A stretch of 49,904 bases of DNA from Candidatus Krumholzibacteriia bacterium (GTDB taxonomy: Bacteria > Krumholzibacteriota > Krumholzibacteriia > JAJRXK01). Positions 37,460 to 46,991 of the stretch are shown here, one piece after another; position 1 is the stretch's first letter; each line of letters opens with the position of its first letter. Both the position numbers and the translations under genes were made by a program. The stretch lies in assembly GCA_041484665.1 (NCBI GenBank), contig JBGPIA010000026.1, forward strand, positions 1 through 49,904. The letters are read 5' to 3'. The notes under the pieces were generated by a model, which was given only the letters and a program-made list of their open reading frames with translations, was not told the DNA's origin and did not search any database.

Positions 37460-38422
37460 ATGGGACGCAACGGCGACGACATCACCCTGGAGGATCCGCA
37501 ACGGCTGGCCGACGACCTCGCCGCCGGAGCAAAGCTGTTGCTCGTCGACACACGCCCACCGCAGGCGTTCGCCCGAGCGCACCTGCCAGGCAGCGTGTTC
37601 TTGCCCTCGACCGAGTTGGCGGACCGTTATGGCGAGCTCGAGCGGGTGGCAGAGCGGGTCGTGGTGGTCGCGCCCGACGACGGCCCCCCGCCACAGCGCC
37701 TGCTGCGCGAGGCGGGTTTCGCAGAGGCCTCGACGCTCGTGGGCCTCTCGCGCTGGACGGGACCCGTCGAGCAGGGCGAGCCGGCCGCGCGGCACGCGGC
37801 GCTGGCGCCTGACCCCTCAGACGACACTTGGGGCGTGGGAGCCCCGGCGCGCGTCGTGGTCGACGGCGCCGACCGCATCCGCTCCTGGGGCTCGGTGCTC
37901 GATGTCGCGTGCGGAACGGGCCGCAACGCACTGTTCCTCGCGGCGCAGGGCCTGGAGGTCATCGCCGTGGACCGCGACGTCATGCGCATGGAGCACGGGC
38001 GCCGCGAGGCTCGGGCTGCGGGGCTGCGCGTGCGGTGGGTCGAGGGTGATCTGGAGGCTCAGACGACCGCCGCCGGCGGCTCGCCCGCAGTTTTGGCGCA
38101 CGTCGCGGTCGCCGGCACCGTTCCACCGTGGAGCCCACGGCCCGAGAGCGTGGATGCCGTCGTGGTTTGCCGTTACCTGTGGCGGCCGCTGCTACCGTTG
38201 CTGGCCGCGGCCGTACGCCCGGGCGGGCTGGCAATGGTGCAGACATTCACGAGCGACCAACCGCGCTTCGGCCATCCGCACCATCCCGACCACTTGCTGC
38301 AGCCAGGGGAGATCCTGCGCGCGTTTCCGCGCTGGGCGGTACTCAGCTACCGCGAAGGGCCAGTCTTTGCCCGAGAGGCGCGGGCCGCGCTGATCGCCCG
38401 CAAGCCGATGCGTCCGCTCTGA
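37460..38422 (+). CDS. Rhodanese-like domain fused to TehB-like class I SAM methyltransferase
   Basis: VDTRP..F...HLPGS; VLDVACGTGRNALFLA; CRYLWRP. Confidence 0.82.
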   Translation: MGRNGDDITLEDPQRLADDLAAGAKLLLVDTRPPQAFARAHLPGSVFLPSTELADRYGELERVAERVVVVAPDDGPPPQRLLREAGFAEASTLVGLSRWTGPVEQGEPAARHAALAPDPSDDTWGVGAPARVVVDGADRIRSWGSVLDVACGTGRNALFLAAQGLEVIAVDRDVMRMEHGRREARAAGLRVRWVEGDLEAQTTAAGGSPAVLAHVAVAGTVPPWSPRPESVDAVVVCRYLWRPLLPLLAAAVRPGGLAMVQTFTSDQPRFGHPHHPDHLLQPGEILRAFPRWAVLSYREGPVFAREARAALIARKPMRPL

Positions 38423-38500
38423 GCGCAGCGCAGACGTCCCCACGGTACGCCGCTCGGCGCGCCGCCTGATGCCGGCTCAGGATGCTCGGCCGTCGGCGTC

Positions 38501-39289
38501 CTACTGTTGGAAGCGGAAGATCATCCGCCGGTTGCCGACCACCACCGCGGCCGTCAACGGGTAGGTGACCGTCACGTTCCCGGATGACCAGTAGCCCCAG
38601 TAGGGCAGGCTCGCGCCGGGCTCCACGGGCAAGACGTCCGGCAGGTTCGCGCCCTCGACTGCGCGCGTCGTCTGCGTCAGGCGCATCTCGGGTGCCGGCG
38701 TATCGGGCATCGGGCCGGGCGTCGTGACGCCACCGCCCACGCCCGAATTCAGATCGCCGACCCCGGGCTTGATCTGGCTCTGCCCGAGAGCCGTCCCCAC
38801 TCCTGGACTGGTGTCGCGCGCCGCGGCCAGCGCCAGCTCGTCCGTCGTCGGCTGCGTGTCACGCGTTCTCCGCGTGGCCCGCAGCCCGTGGTTCTGTGCG
38901 CCTTTCCAGTCCTCCACCGACCGGAGCAGTTTCCCGGTGTTGTCGATGAGTTGGAGGTTGGCGCGCCCGATCTCGACTTGGGTCTCGCCTCGGTTGTGCA
39001 CGATGAGATCGAGCGTATAGTAGTTGCCGGTGCGAAACAGGCTTGCCACCACGGTGACGGCCTTGTCCCGCGCCACGACGGCGCCGGGCATCTTCTGCGC
39101 GGCGCTGGGATCACTGCGATCGGCGAGCTGATCGATGCGCGCCGAGTACTCGGTGCTGATGCCGTTGAGGTAGGCCGGTTGTTCGGGAGTCTGCGCGGCG
39201 GTCGGGCTCTTCGCGGTGGTTGTCGCGCAGCCAGCGATTACCGGAACCAGAAGCAGCATCCAGGCGGCGGTGGGGTGTCGCCGTGCCAT
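38501..39289 (-). CDS. Hypothetical lipoprotein (paralog A)
   Basis: Lipobox IAGC; GGAGG RBS; similar to the neighbouring gene. Confidence 0.82.
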   Translation of the reverse strand: MARRHPTAAWMLLLVPVIAGCATTTAKSPTAAQTPEQPAYLNGISTEYSARIDQLADRSDPSAAQKMPGAVVARDKAVTVVASLFRTGNYYTLDLIVHNRGETQVEIGRANLQLIDNTGKLLRSVEDWKGAQNHGLRATRRTRDTQPTTDELALAAARDTSPGVGTALGQSQIKPGVGDLNSGVGGGVTTPGPMPDTPAPEMRLTQTTRAVEGANLPDVLPVEPGASLPYWGYWSSGNVTVTYPLTAAVVVGNRRMIFRFQQ

Positions 39290-39526
39290 GGCTGACCTCC
39301 TGTCCGTAGGGGCCGCCAGACGCCCAGGAACCGGTCCGCCGGGCGTTTGGCGGTTCTCCTGTCAACGCACTTCAAGCTTAGGCGCTTGGCGAACGTCTGG
39401 CAAATGCCAAGGATCTACGGCCCGCGCCGCCCAAGAGTTGCGCGCCGGCTCGGACCGGCTCGAACTGGGGTGCCGCGCGAAAGTGCCTGGGCGCGGCGCG
39501 GTTGCCCGCGCCCACGCCCAGCAGGC

Positions 39527-40291
39527 TCAACGGTCGAACAGGAAGACGATGTGGCGATTGTCCAGCATCATGAAGGCGGTCAGGGGGTAGGCCACTTCGT
39601 CGGCGCGCCAGTACGCCCAGTAACTGCGGCCGGAATTGCCGTCGACGTGGATCGTGGCGGGAGCGTTGGGGACGCGGACCTCGCTGCTGAGGTTGCTGAT
39701 GGGGTCGGTTCCCATGCCCGAGGCCCGCGGCGCGCCCGTGCCCGGGCGGTCCGCCGGGGACTTGGTCCCGGCGGCGCTGGAGAGGTTGTACGCGGAGGCG
39801 GAGCCGCCCGCAACCTCATTGCCACCCAACGACCCGCTCGCCGCGAAGAGGGGCTCCTTGCGCGCCTTCATCTTGGTGCGCAGGCCCACTTCACTGGCGC
39901 CATTCCAGTCGCTCACGGGCGTCAGCCAGCGCCCGTTGTGGTCGACCACGGTGAAGTCACCGTGATGCACGACCATCGGCCGGTCGGTGTGATTGAGGAC
40001 GATCAGATCGAGCGTGTAGAACTCACCACACCGGAACATCGCCGCCGCCACATGGATCGTGGCGTCGCCGGCAATCAGGCCTTCGCGCATGGAGGAGTCC
40101 TCGCCGAGCAGGTCGCTGCCGCGGACCTGGTCGATCCGGATCGATGACTCACCGGAGACGCCTCGCAGGTACGAGGGGCTACGGCGAGCGGTATCGCTGT
40201 CCGTGCGAAGGCCCGGACCGCTCGAAGCGCACGCGGCCAGTGAGAGCGCGAGCACAAGCATGAGCGCAAGCGTGCAAGTGCGCCGTGACAA
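39527..40291 (-). CDS. Hypothetical lipoprotein (paralog B)
   Basis: TTG start after AGGAGG; lipobox LAAC; shares YTLDLIV.N, DW.GA..GLR, YW.YW, YPLTA with paralog A. Confidence 0.8.
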   Translation of the reverse strand: MSRRTCTLALMLVLALSLAACASSGPGLRTDSDTARRSPSYLRGVSGESSIRIDQVRGSDLLGEDSSMREGLIAGDATIHVAAAMFRCGEFYTLDLIVLNHTDRPMVVHHGDFTVVDHNGRWLTPVSDWNGASEVGLRTKMKARKEPLFAASGSLGGNEVAGGSASAYNLSSAAGTKSPADRPGTGAPRASGMGTDPISNLSSEVRVPNAPATIHVDGNSGRSYWAYWRADEVAYPLTAFMMLDNRHIVFLFDR

Positions 40292-40700
40292 GGCTGTCCT
40301 CCTGGGCTGGGCTGCAATGGGATGAGCCGGGAATGCCGCCGCTGCGCGAAGCCGTGACGTCGTTTCTCTCCCGCACAGCGCCGGGACGGTAGCCAGCAAG
40401 ATCCCTGCCCCCGGCGGGGGGGAGTGCGCTCCACGGCCGCACGGCGCCCGCTTGTCCCTTGCGGCCCCGCGTTGGATCGCGCGCTTGCGCCGGCGCAGAT
40501 CAGGTTTGCAGTGTCGGTGGCGCGCCCGCTCCGCGAAGAACGCGTCGCGCATGGGCAATCTGCCCTGCGGTCCGGATGGCTTCCGAACGTTTCGGATCGG
40601 CCCCTGCGGAGTCCCGTTGCTCCCGCAGGTACCCGCGGACTACGGCGCGCCTCGCGTCGCGCACCGCGTGGCACGCGGCGAGTCGCCGATGCCGGCGCTA

Positions 40701-41402
40701 CTACGGTATCTGCGCCATGTCGCTCTGGGGCGGCACGGGGTCGGACGGGCCGATGATCTGCGTGATGCGCGGCTCGCCGTCCCACACCAGCACGTTGAAC
40801 CGCAGCAGCGTCCGGCCTCGCGCATCGGGCAGGTCCACCTGCCAGCGGTCAGCGCCGCGCGGATAGACCCGCAGCGGCGAACGTCGCGCACCGCCGTGCT
40901 CCGCTGCGGGCGCGGCAGGCCGCGCAGTGTGCGTCCGGGCCTGCGGCGCGGTGTGCTCGGCTGCGGGCTCGACGGCGGTGCGCGCCAACGCCGGAAGCGC
41001 AGCCGCCGCCTCGAACTCGGCACGTAGCCAACTCTCCGTCTCGATGAGGATGATGCCGTTGCGCGAGGGATTGTGACCGGCGGGCGCGTGCAAGCGCCGG
41101 TCGGGCACCTCCGTCTGGGCCAGCGCGACGGAGCGGTAGGCCTCCCAGTCGCCGTCGCGCAGCGCTTCCATCGCCCGGGCGACGACGCGCGCCGCGCGCG
41201 GATCCGCGACCCCCGCGGGCGTGTTATCGAAGATGATGTTGCGCTGCGCTCTGCCGCCCCACAGGCGAGAGCTTCGCCCGCCGTGGCCGGCTTTGCTGGC
41301 CTGCCCACGGCGCTCGCCAGCGCCGTGATTGGGGCCGGACAGCAGCTGGCCGACCATGAAGGCGATGGCGAACACCGTAACGATCAGCAGAGGCTTGCGC
41401 AT
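40701..41402 (-). CDS. Hypothetical protein with N-terminal membrane anchor
   Basis: MRKPLLIVTVFAIAFMVG hydrophobic N-terminus; plausible RBS. Confidence 0.6.
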   Translation of the reverse strand: MRKPLLIVTVFAIAFMVGQLLSGPNHGAGERRGQASKAGHGGRSSRLWGGRAQRNIIFDNTPAGVADPRAARVVARAMEALRDGDWEAYRSVALAQTEVPDRRLHAPAGHNPSRNGIILIETESWLRAEFEAAAALPALARTAVEPAAEHTAPQARTHTARPAAPAAEHGGARRSPLRVYPRGADRWQVDLPDARGRTLLRFNVLVWDGEPRITQIIGPSDPVPPQSDMAQIP

Positions 41403-41579
41403 GGCTTTCCCTGGGACGGGCGGGACAGGCCGCGGGCGTCGCCGCACAGCGGGCGGTTTTACCGCGGCGATGCAAGACAGGTGCCGCTCCTGCCCACAAG
41501 CCGCCGTGTGCTAGGCTGCCGAGCGTTGCCGATGGTTCCCGGCTGTCTGTCGCCAAGCACCGCAAGGGAGGATCCCATC

Positions 41580-44453
41580 GTGCTGTCCGCGATACGGTAT
41601 CGCCACGGCCGCAGCGTCCGCGTCGTCCCCAGTCTGATCCTGCCGTTCTCTACGTTGGTGCTCGCCGCGCTCGCGCTGCCCGCGGCACCCGGCGCGCCCG
41701 GGACAGGCCAAGCGAGCGCGGCGCTCGTAGCCGCCGCAGCGACCGCGACCGCAGCCGCCGCAGCGACCGCGACCGCAGCCGCCGCGGCGACGGCGACAGC
41801 AGCGCCACCGGAGAGCAGCGCGGGCCGCCTGCAGCCCGATCCCGTGCGGCTCGATCCGCCCAGCAAGAGCTACGACCTGCTGCATACGACCCTCGATTTG
41901 GAGCTGGACCTGCAGCGCGGTCGGGTCGAGGGGACGGCGCGCCACCGGATTCGAATGCTGCGCGATGGTGTGGAGAGCGTGAGCCTGCACGCCAGCGACC
42001 TGCAGATCTACAAGACCACCGTGGGTGGCGCCGAGGTGCCCTTCGAGCGGCATTCCGACGAGCTGTCGATTCGCTTGCAGGGCCTGGCGCAGCACACGGG
42101 GGACGATTCGGAGCTGGCCGTCGCGTATGGCGCATCGCCCGTAACCGGATTGCACTTCCGGCGTCCGAGCCTCTCACCCGGGTTCCGCTACGAGGAGGCT
42201 TGGTCCCAGGGGGAGGACGAGGAGAACCGGTGCTGGTTTCCCGGCTGGGACTATCCCAACGACTTGGCGAGCTACACGGGCATCTTCACTGTGGCCGCGG
42301 GGATCAAGGTGCTCAGCAACGGGCTGCTCGCCGAGCGCACCGAGTCTGGCGGGAAGGTGCGCTACCGTTACGAGCAGAAGGAGCCCCAGGCCAATTACCT
42401 GGTGATGGTCGCGGCCGCTGCGTACGAGGTGTACACGGAGGTGCTCGACGGTAAGCCCGATGCGGCCGGTGCAGTGACGCTGGAGTGCTGGGTTCCGCCC
42501 GGAACGGGCGAGCAGTTGGCGCGGGCCAGCTTCGCCATCACCGCGCCCGCGCTGCGCTTCTTCGGCCAATACACGCAGGTGCCGTACCCGTGGGGCAAGT
42601 ACGCGCAGGTCGTGGTGCAGGATTTCATCTATGGGGGCATGGAGAACGCCAGCGCCACGGTGCTGCATGCGCGTTCGCTGGTGCCGCAGGCGGAGCGCGC
42701 CGCGCGCGATGCCGACGACCTGCTGGCGCACGAAGCCGCCCACCAGTGGTTCGGCGACCTGATGACCTGCTACGGCTGGAAGCACATGTGGCTCAACGAG
42801 GGGTTCGCCACGTACTTCAACGCGCTGTTCAGCGAGCAGCAGTATGGGCCCGAGCGCATGGTCTACGAGCTCGACGAGACCCACTCCTCGGTGCTGCGGG
42901 CTGACGCCCAGACGCTGCGCCCGCTGGTCTCGCAGTTCTACAACCGCATCGACGACCAGCAGAGCGCCAACGTCTACAGCAAGGGGGCCAGCGTCCTGCA
43001 CATGTTGCACGGGCTGCTGGGCGACGACCCCTTCCGGCGCGGCATCGTCCGCTACTGCGCGACCCACGCCCATACGCTGGTGACTACCGAGGATTTCCAG
43101 CGGGCGATGACCGAGGCCACCGGCGAGACGCTGGACTGGTTCTTCGAGCAGTGGGTCTACCTGCCCGGCCATCCGCACTTCGCGGTGGATTACGCCTGGG
43201 ACGACGCCAGCCGTACCGCATCGCTGCGCGTGCGACAGACCCAGGGGCGCGGCCAGCGGGTGCCGTTGTTCCGCGTTCCCGTAGAGGTGGAGTTCGGCTG
43301 GAATGGCGGCGGCGAGACGCGCCGCTTCTGGGTGGAGGACGAGCAGAGCACACTCACGGCGAGCCTCCCGCAGCGCCCGTCGATGGTGATCTTCGATCCG
43401 GCGGGATGGCTGCTCAAGGAGCTGGAGTTTCCGCGCAGCCAGGAGCAGCTGCTCTTCCAGCTCGCCCACGCCACGCGGTTCTGGAGCCGGGTCGAGGCCA
43501 TCCGCGCGCTCGGCGAGCTGCGCGTCCGCGACGAGGATGCCGTGGCGGCGATTGCCGGAATCCTCGCTTCGGCCTCCAGGCCGGGCAGTGGGCAGGAGCG
43601 ACTGCGCGCCGACGCGGCGGCGGCCTTGGGCAAGATCGGCGGTACGGAGGCGCGCGACGCCCTGCTGGCGCAGCTCCCGGCCACTGCGGGCACTGCCGGA
43701 GCGGCGAGCGCAACTGGTGCAGCGGGCGGCGCGGGCTCGGCTGGCGCAGCTGGGGGGGCCTCCGGCGGCACGGCCGGCGGTGCCGTTGCTGCCGACTCCG
43801 CCGACGCTCCGCGCGTGCGCGTCGCCTGTGCCAGCGCGTTGCAGCAGTTCCCGGCCGACGGTGTCGTCGTGCGCGCCCTCGCTGAGACCCTTCAGCGCGA
43901 TGCCAGCCGCCACGTCCGCGCGGAAGCCCTGCGGGCGCTGGTGAAGCTGAAGGCCGACGGCGCGCGCAAGCTCTGCCTGGAGGCTCTCGCGCAACCCAGC
44001 GATCGCGAGGTGATGCGTGCCACCGCCGTCGATGGTCTCGCCGAGCTGAAGGCGCAGGACACCTTGCCCGAAGTGTTGCGCTGGATGCGTCCGGGCGCCG
44101 ACCGTGACCTGCGGCTGCGTGCGATGACCGCCGCCGCGACCCTGGTGCAGGATGGCCCCGACAAGGGCGGGCGTGACCGTGTCGCGGCCGAGCTCGAAAA
44201 GCTGTTGGACGATCCACTCGCGCGCATCCGCACTGCCGCCGCCCGCACGCTGGGGGATGTCGGCGCTCGCCGCTCGCTCGAGCCGCTGCGGCACCTGGCT
44301 GCCGATGACCGCATCGCCTCCGTGCGCAAGGCCGCAGAGGCGGCGGTCAAGCAGATGGAGTCCCCTCCCGCCAAAGCCGGGCAGCTCGATACGCTGCGGC
44401 GAGAGCTCAAGGACTTGCAGCAGCAGGTCGACGGGCTGAAGAAGGGCAGCTAG
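41580..44453 (+). CDS. M1 family aminopeptidase with C-terminal HEAT repeats
   Basis: GGMEN, HEAAH-X18-E (WLNEGFA), YSKG; HEAT repeats; GGAGG RBS before GTG. Confidence 0.93.
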   Translation: MLSAIRYRHGRSVRVVPSLILPFSTLVLAALALPAAPGAPGTGQASAALVAAAATATAAAAATATAAAAATATAAPPESSAGRLQPDPVRLDPPSKSYDLLHTTLDLELDLQRGRVEGTARHRIRMLRDGVESVSLHASDLQIYKTTVGGAEVPFERHSDELSIRLQGLAQHTGDDSELAVAYGASPVTGLHFRRPSLSPGFRYEEAWSQGEDEENRCWFPGWDYPNDLASYTGIFTVAAGIKVLSNGLLAERTESGGKVRYRYEQKEPQANYLVMVAAAAYEVYTEVLDGKPDAAGAVTLECWVPPGTGEQLARASFAITAPALRFFGQYTQVPYPWGKYAQVVVQDFIYGGMENASATVLHARSLVPQAERAARDADDLLAHEAAHQWFGDLMTCYGWKHMWLNEGFATYFNALFSEQQYGPERMVYELDETHSSVLRADAQTLRPLVSQFYNRIDDQQSANVYSKGASVLHMLHGLLGDDPFRRGIVRYCATHAHTLVTTEDFQRAMTEATGETLDWFFEQWVYLPGHPHFAVDYAWDDASRTASLRVRQTQGRGQRVPLFRVPVEVEFGWNGGGETRRFWVEDEQSTLTASLPQRPSMVIFDPAGWLLKELEFPRSQEQLLFQLAHATRFWSRVEAIRALGELRVRDEDAVAAIAGILASASRPGSGQERLRADAAAALGKIGGTEARDALLAQLPATAGTAGAASATGAAGGAGSAGAAGGASGGTAGGAVAADSADAPRVRVACASALQQFPADGVVVRALAETLQRDASRHVRAEALRALVKLKADGARKLCLEALAQPSDREVMRATAVDGLAELKAQDTLPEVLRWMRPGADRDLRLRAMTAAATLVQDGPDKGGRDRVAAELEKLLDDPLARIRTAAARTLGDVGARRSLEPLRHLAADDRIASVRKAAEAAVKQMESPPAKAGQLDTLRRELKDLQQQVDGLKKGS

Positions 44454-44712
44454 CGCGCTGGGGGATTCGCGATCGCGAGACAACCGGCCGCGCTGTGCGT
44501 GGGAGCGGCCGCCGCCTCGCGCTCTCCGGCAGGCGCCGCGATGTGCACCCGGGTGCACATTCTGTCGCAAGTAATTAAATTACAATGAGTTGAGGAGTCT
44601 ATTTCCACGCCTGACGCACGACCGGACGACGACGCGCGGCAGGGAACCGGCACGCGGCCAGCTACCAGCGTTCGGCCGAGGCCTGCACTCGGCCGGCCAA
44701 CAGCGCCCCCAA

Positions 44713-45288
44713 CTACGCCACGCCGACTTGCCCGAACAGATCGTCTCCGCGCTCCAGGCGCAGGAGGATCGCCTTGCGCCACAAGCCGCCGCCATACCCA
44801 ACCAACTTGCCCGACGTGCCGATCACGCGGTGGCATGGGATCAGCATCCCGATTGGGTTGCGGTGGCTCGCCATCCCGACGGCGCGGGGAGCGCCTGGCG
44901 AGCCAATGGCACGCGCGATCTCGCCATAACTGCGCGTCTCGCCGTAGGGGATCATGCGCAATGCGGCCCATACCTGGCGGTCGAAGGGGGTGCCACCCGG
45001 ATCCAGCGCGCCGCGATAGTCGATCCCCTCGGGACGGCGGCCGGCGAAGTAGCGCTCGAGCCATTCGCGGGCCGGGCTAAGCACGGCGGGAGCGCGGTCC
45101 AGGCGCGCGTCGCGCAGGCGATGCGGCACGCCCGTGCGCCAGTCCGCGCTTTCCTCCAGGAACGAGATCCCCGCCAGCCCCCGTGCGGTGGCCACGAGCA
45201 GCAGCTCGCCGACCGGCGAGGTATACCGGTCGTGGTAGGCCAGGATCGTGGGGACCTCGGGATGGACCCGGGACGTGCGTGCACCCAT
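44713..45288 (-). CDS. ogt: Methylated-DNA-protein-cysteine methyltransferase
   Basis: SPVGEL, GTPF..QVW, IPYGETRSYG, PCHRVI, GYGGG. Confidence 0.93.
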   Translation of the reverse strand: MGARTSRVHPEVPTILAYHDRYTSPVGELLLVATARGLAGISFLEESADWRTGVPHRLRDARLDRAPAVLSPAREWLERYFAGRRPEGIDYRGALDPGGTPFDRQVWAALRMIPYGETRSYGEIARAIGSPGAPRAVGMASHRNPIGMLIPCHRVIGTSGKLVGYGGGLWRKAILLRLERGDDLFGQVGVA

Positions 45289-45503
45289 GGCAGAAAGGCC
45301 CGGTATCGCCGGGCCCCCCCAAGGATGCCGCCTGCGTGTGCGTCCCACAAGCAGGGATTGGATCCAGGCCGGCCCCCCGATCGGGCAACCGGCGAGGGAG
45401 GCCGGCCTGGGTTGGAGCGCCCGCGAGGCCCGTGCGCTCCGGGGGCTGGCGATCGCCGATCGGCGACGCGGCCACCGCAGATCAGCGGCGCTCCCACTCC
45501 AGA

Positions 45504-45746
45504 TCAGCGACGCGGCCACCACAGGATGAGGATCGATGCCGCCGCGAGGCAGACGTATCCCATCCACAGCAGCCTCACCCCGCGCGGCTGCAGCACGTCA
45601 CCTGCGCGCCACAGCGGGCGCCACTGTCGCGGGCTCCACGACAGCACGGGCACGCCTGCCTTGCGGTAGGCCAGCGCCCCGAACCACGCCACGCCGGCGA
45701 TCAGCGCCAGCCCGCCGCCGGCAATCATCCGCACCGCCTCGCGCAT
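45504..45746 (-). CDS. Small two-TM membrane protein
   Basis: Two hydrophobic segments; starts 7 nt after the upstream stop, GAGGGG RBS. Confidence 0.6.
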   Translation of the reverse strand: MREAVRMIAGGGLALIAGVAWFGALAYRKAGVPVLSWSPRQWRPLWRAGDVLQPRGVRLLWMGYVCLAAASILILWWPRR

Positions 45747-45753
45747 AGCAGCG

Positions 45754-46704
45754 TCACCCCCTCTCGCCGACGATCCACTCCAGCAGCGAGGCCACCACGC
45801 AGGCGGCGTTGGCGCCGAAACAGGCGTGACAGATGGGATTGGCCCAAGCGCCTACCAAGCACTTGATCTGGGCGCAAGCGCTCATCACCAGGCAGAAGCG
45901 CTGCACCCTGGGGTCGCACGTGCCGCACTCCAGTCCGGCGAGCGCGCCGCCGATTTCGGAGGGCGTGCGGCCGGCGAGCTTCCCCCCCGCGCGCGCCAGC
46001 CAGGTTGCGAAGTCCGGCTCTGCCAGCAATTGCATCAGGCGGTCGCCGTCGCGGTTGTTGTCGAGGGTGGTCCCGCCCGGGTAGACCTCGCGGAAGCGGC
46101 GCGACAGCGCCTGGGTCTCCTCATCCGGCAGCTTGGCGGGGCTGGTGCGCAGCTCGAAGCGGGCCGTGCGGTCCTTCCACGTGACGCGCTCCACGCGCAC
46201 GCCGTCGGCGGGCCGCTCCTGAAGGTCCAGATGCAGCGCGTCGACCTCGGTGCGCTCGGTCACGCGCACGTGATGCGGGTCGTCGCGATTCCAGCAGGCC
46301 TCGACGGCGAAGCCCAGCGCCCGGCCCTGGTGGATGCTGAAGCGCGCGCCGCGCCAGGCCGGATCGTCCGCGAGCACGCCCAGGCGCACGACACGCTCGA
46401 CTTGGCCGCCGGGCTCGTCGAAGCGCAGGCGGAGTGCCAGCTCGCGGGCCACACGGTCGAGACGCGCGTCGAGCACGTCGGCGGGCGTCTCGCCGACGAT
46501 GAAGGATGCCAGCGGCGCGGCTTCGCTGGCGTCGGGGGCATCGAAGGGTGGCTCGGGCGGCGGCGTCGGAAGGGAGATGGTCTCGCCCGGCCCGTCGCCC
46601 TCGCTGCCGCGCCGGTCGCAGCCGGCGCCCGCCGCGAGGACGGCCGCCAGCACCAGGGAGCAGACCAGAATCAACAGGACTCGTTGACGGCTGGACCCAC
46701 GCAT
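45754..46704 (-). CDS. Putative lipoprotein with Cys-rich hydrophobic C-terminal domain
   Basis: Hydrophobic signal ending GAGC; 8 Cys in the last about 60 aa. Confidence 0.7.
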   Translation of the reverse strand: MRGSSRQRVLLILVCSLVLAAVLAAGAGCDRRGSEGDGPGETISLPTPPPEPPFDAPDASEAAPLASFIVGETPADVLDARLDRVARELALRLRFDEPGGQVERVVRLGVLADDPAWRGARFSIHQGRALGFAVEACWNRDDPHHVRVTERTEVDALHLDLQERPADGVRVERVTWKDRTARFELRTSPAKLPDEETQALSRRFREVYPGGTTLDNNRDGDRLMQLLAEPDFATWLARAGGKLAGRTPSEIGGALAGLECGTCDPRVQRFCLVMSACAQIKCLVGAWANPICHACFGANAACVVASLLEWIVGERG

Positions 46705-46991
46705 GGGTACCCATCGCTTTCCGGAGGCTACGATGGGGAGGTCGTGCACGTCGTGGAAGCGCCCGGCGTGCCAGCCCTGCCGCCGGGCGCAGGTCGCGAT
46801 CCCGCTCGCACTTGCAGGCGCGCGCCTGTCCGATCTTGCGCGAACGCGTCAACGACTGTCGTCGATGGTTGTCCTGCGCACGGAGCGAGCGTTGGCGCTC
46901 CGGAAGAAGCATCGGCGGCCGGTGCGGCACGACGGCCCGCCGCGAGACCGCGGCCCAACGCCAGACGACAGCCCGAGTCGGCGACAGAGTC

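Noticed and set aside
44552..44580. dif-like site GGTGCACATTC...TAATTAAAT
   Set aside because: XerD arm lacks the conserved TTATG and spacing is off by one
26768..45288. UDG, polX and ogt as a DNA-repair island
   Set aside because: Separated by 7-8 kb of unrelated genes each and not co-oriented
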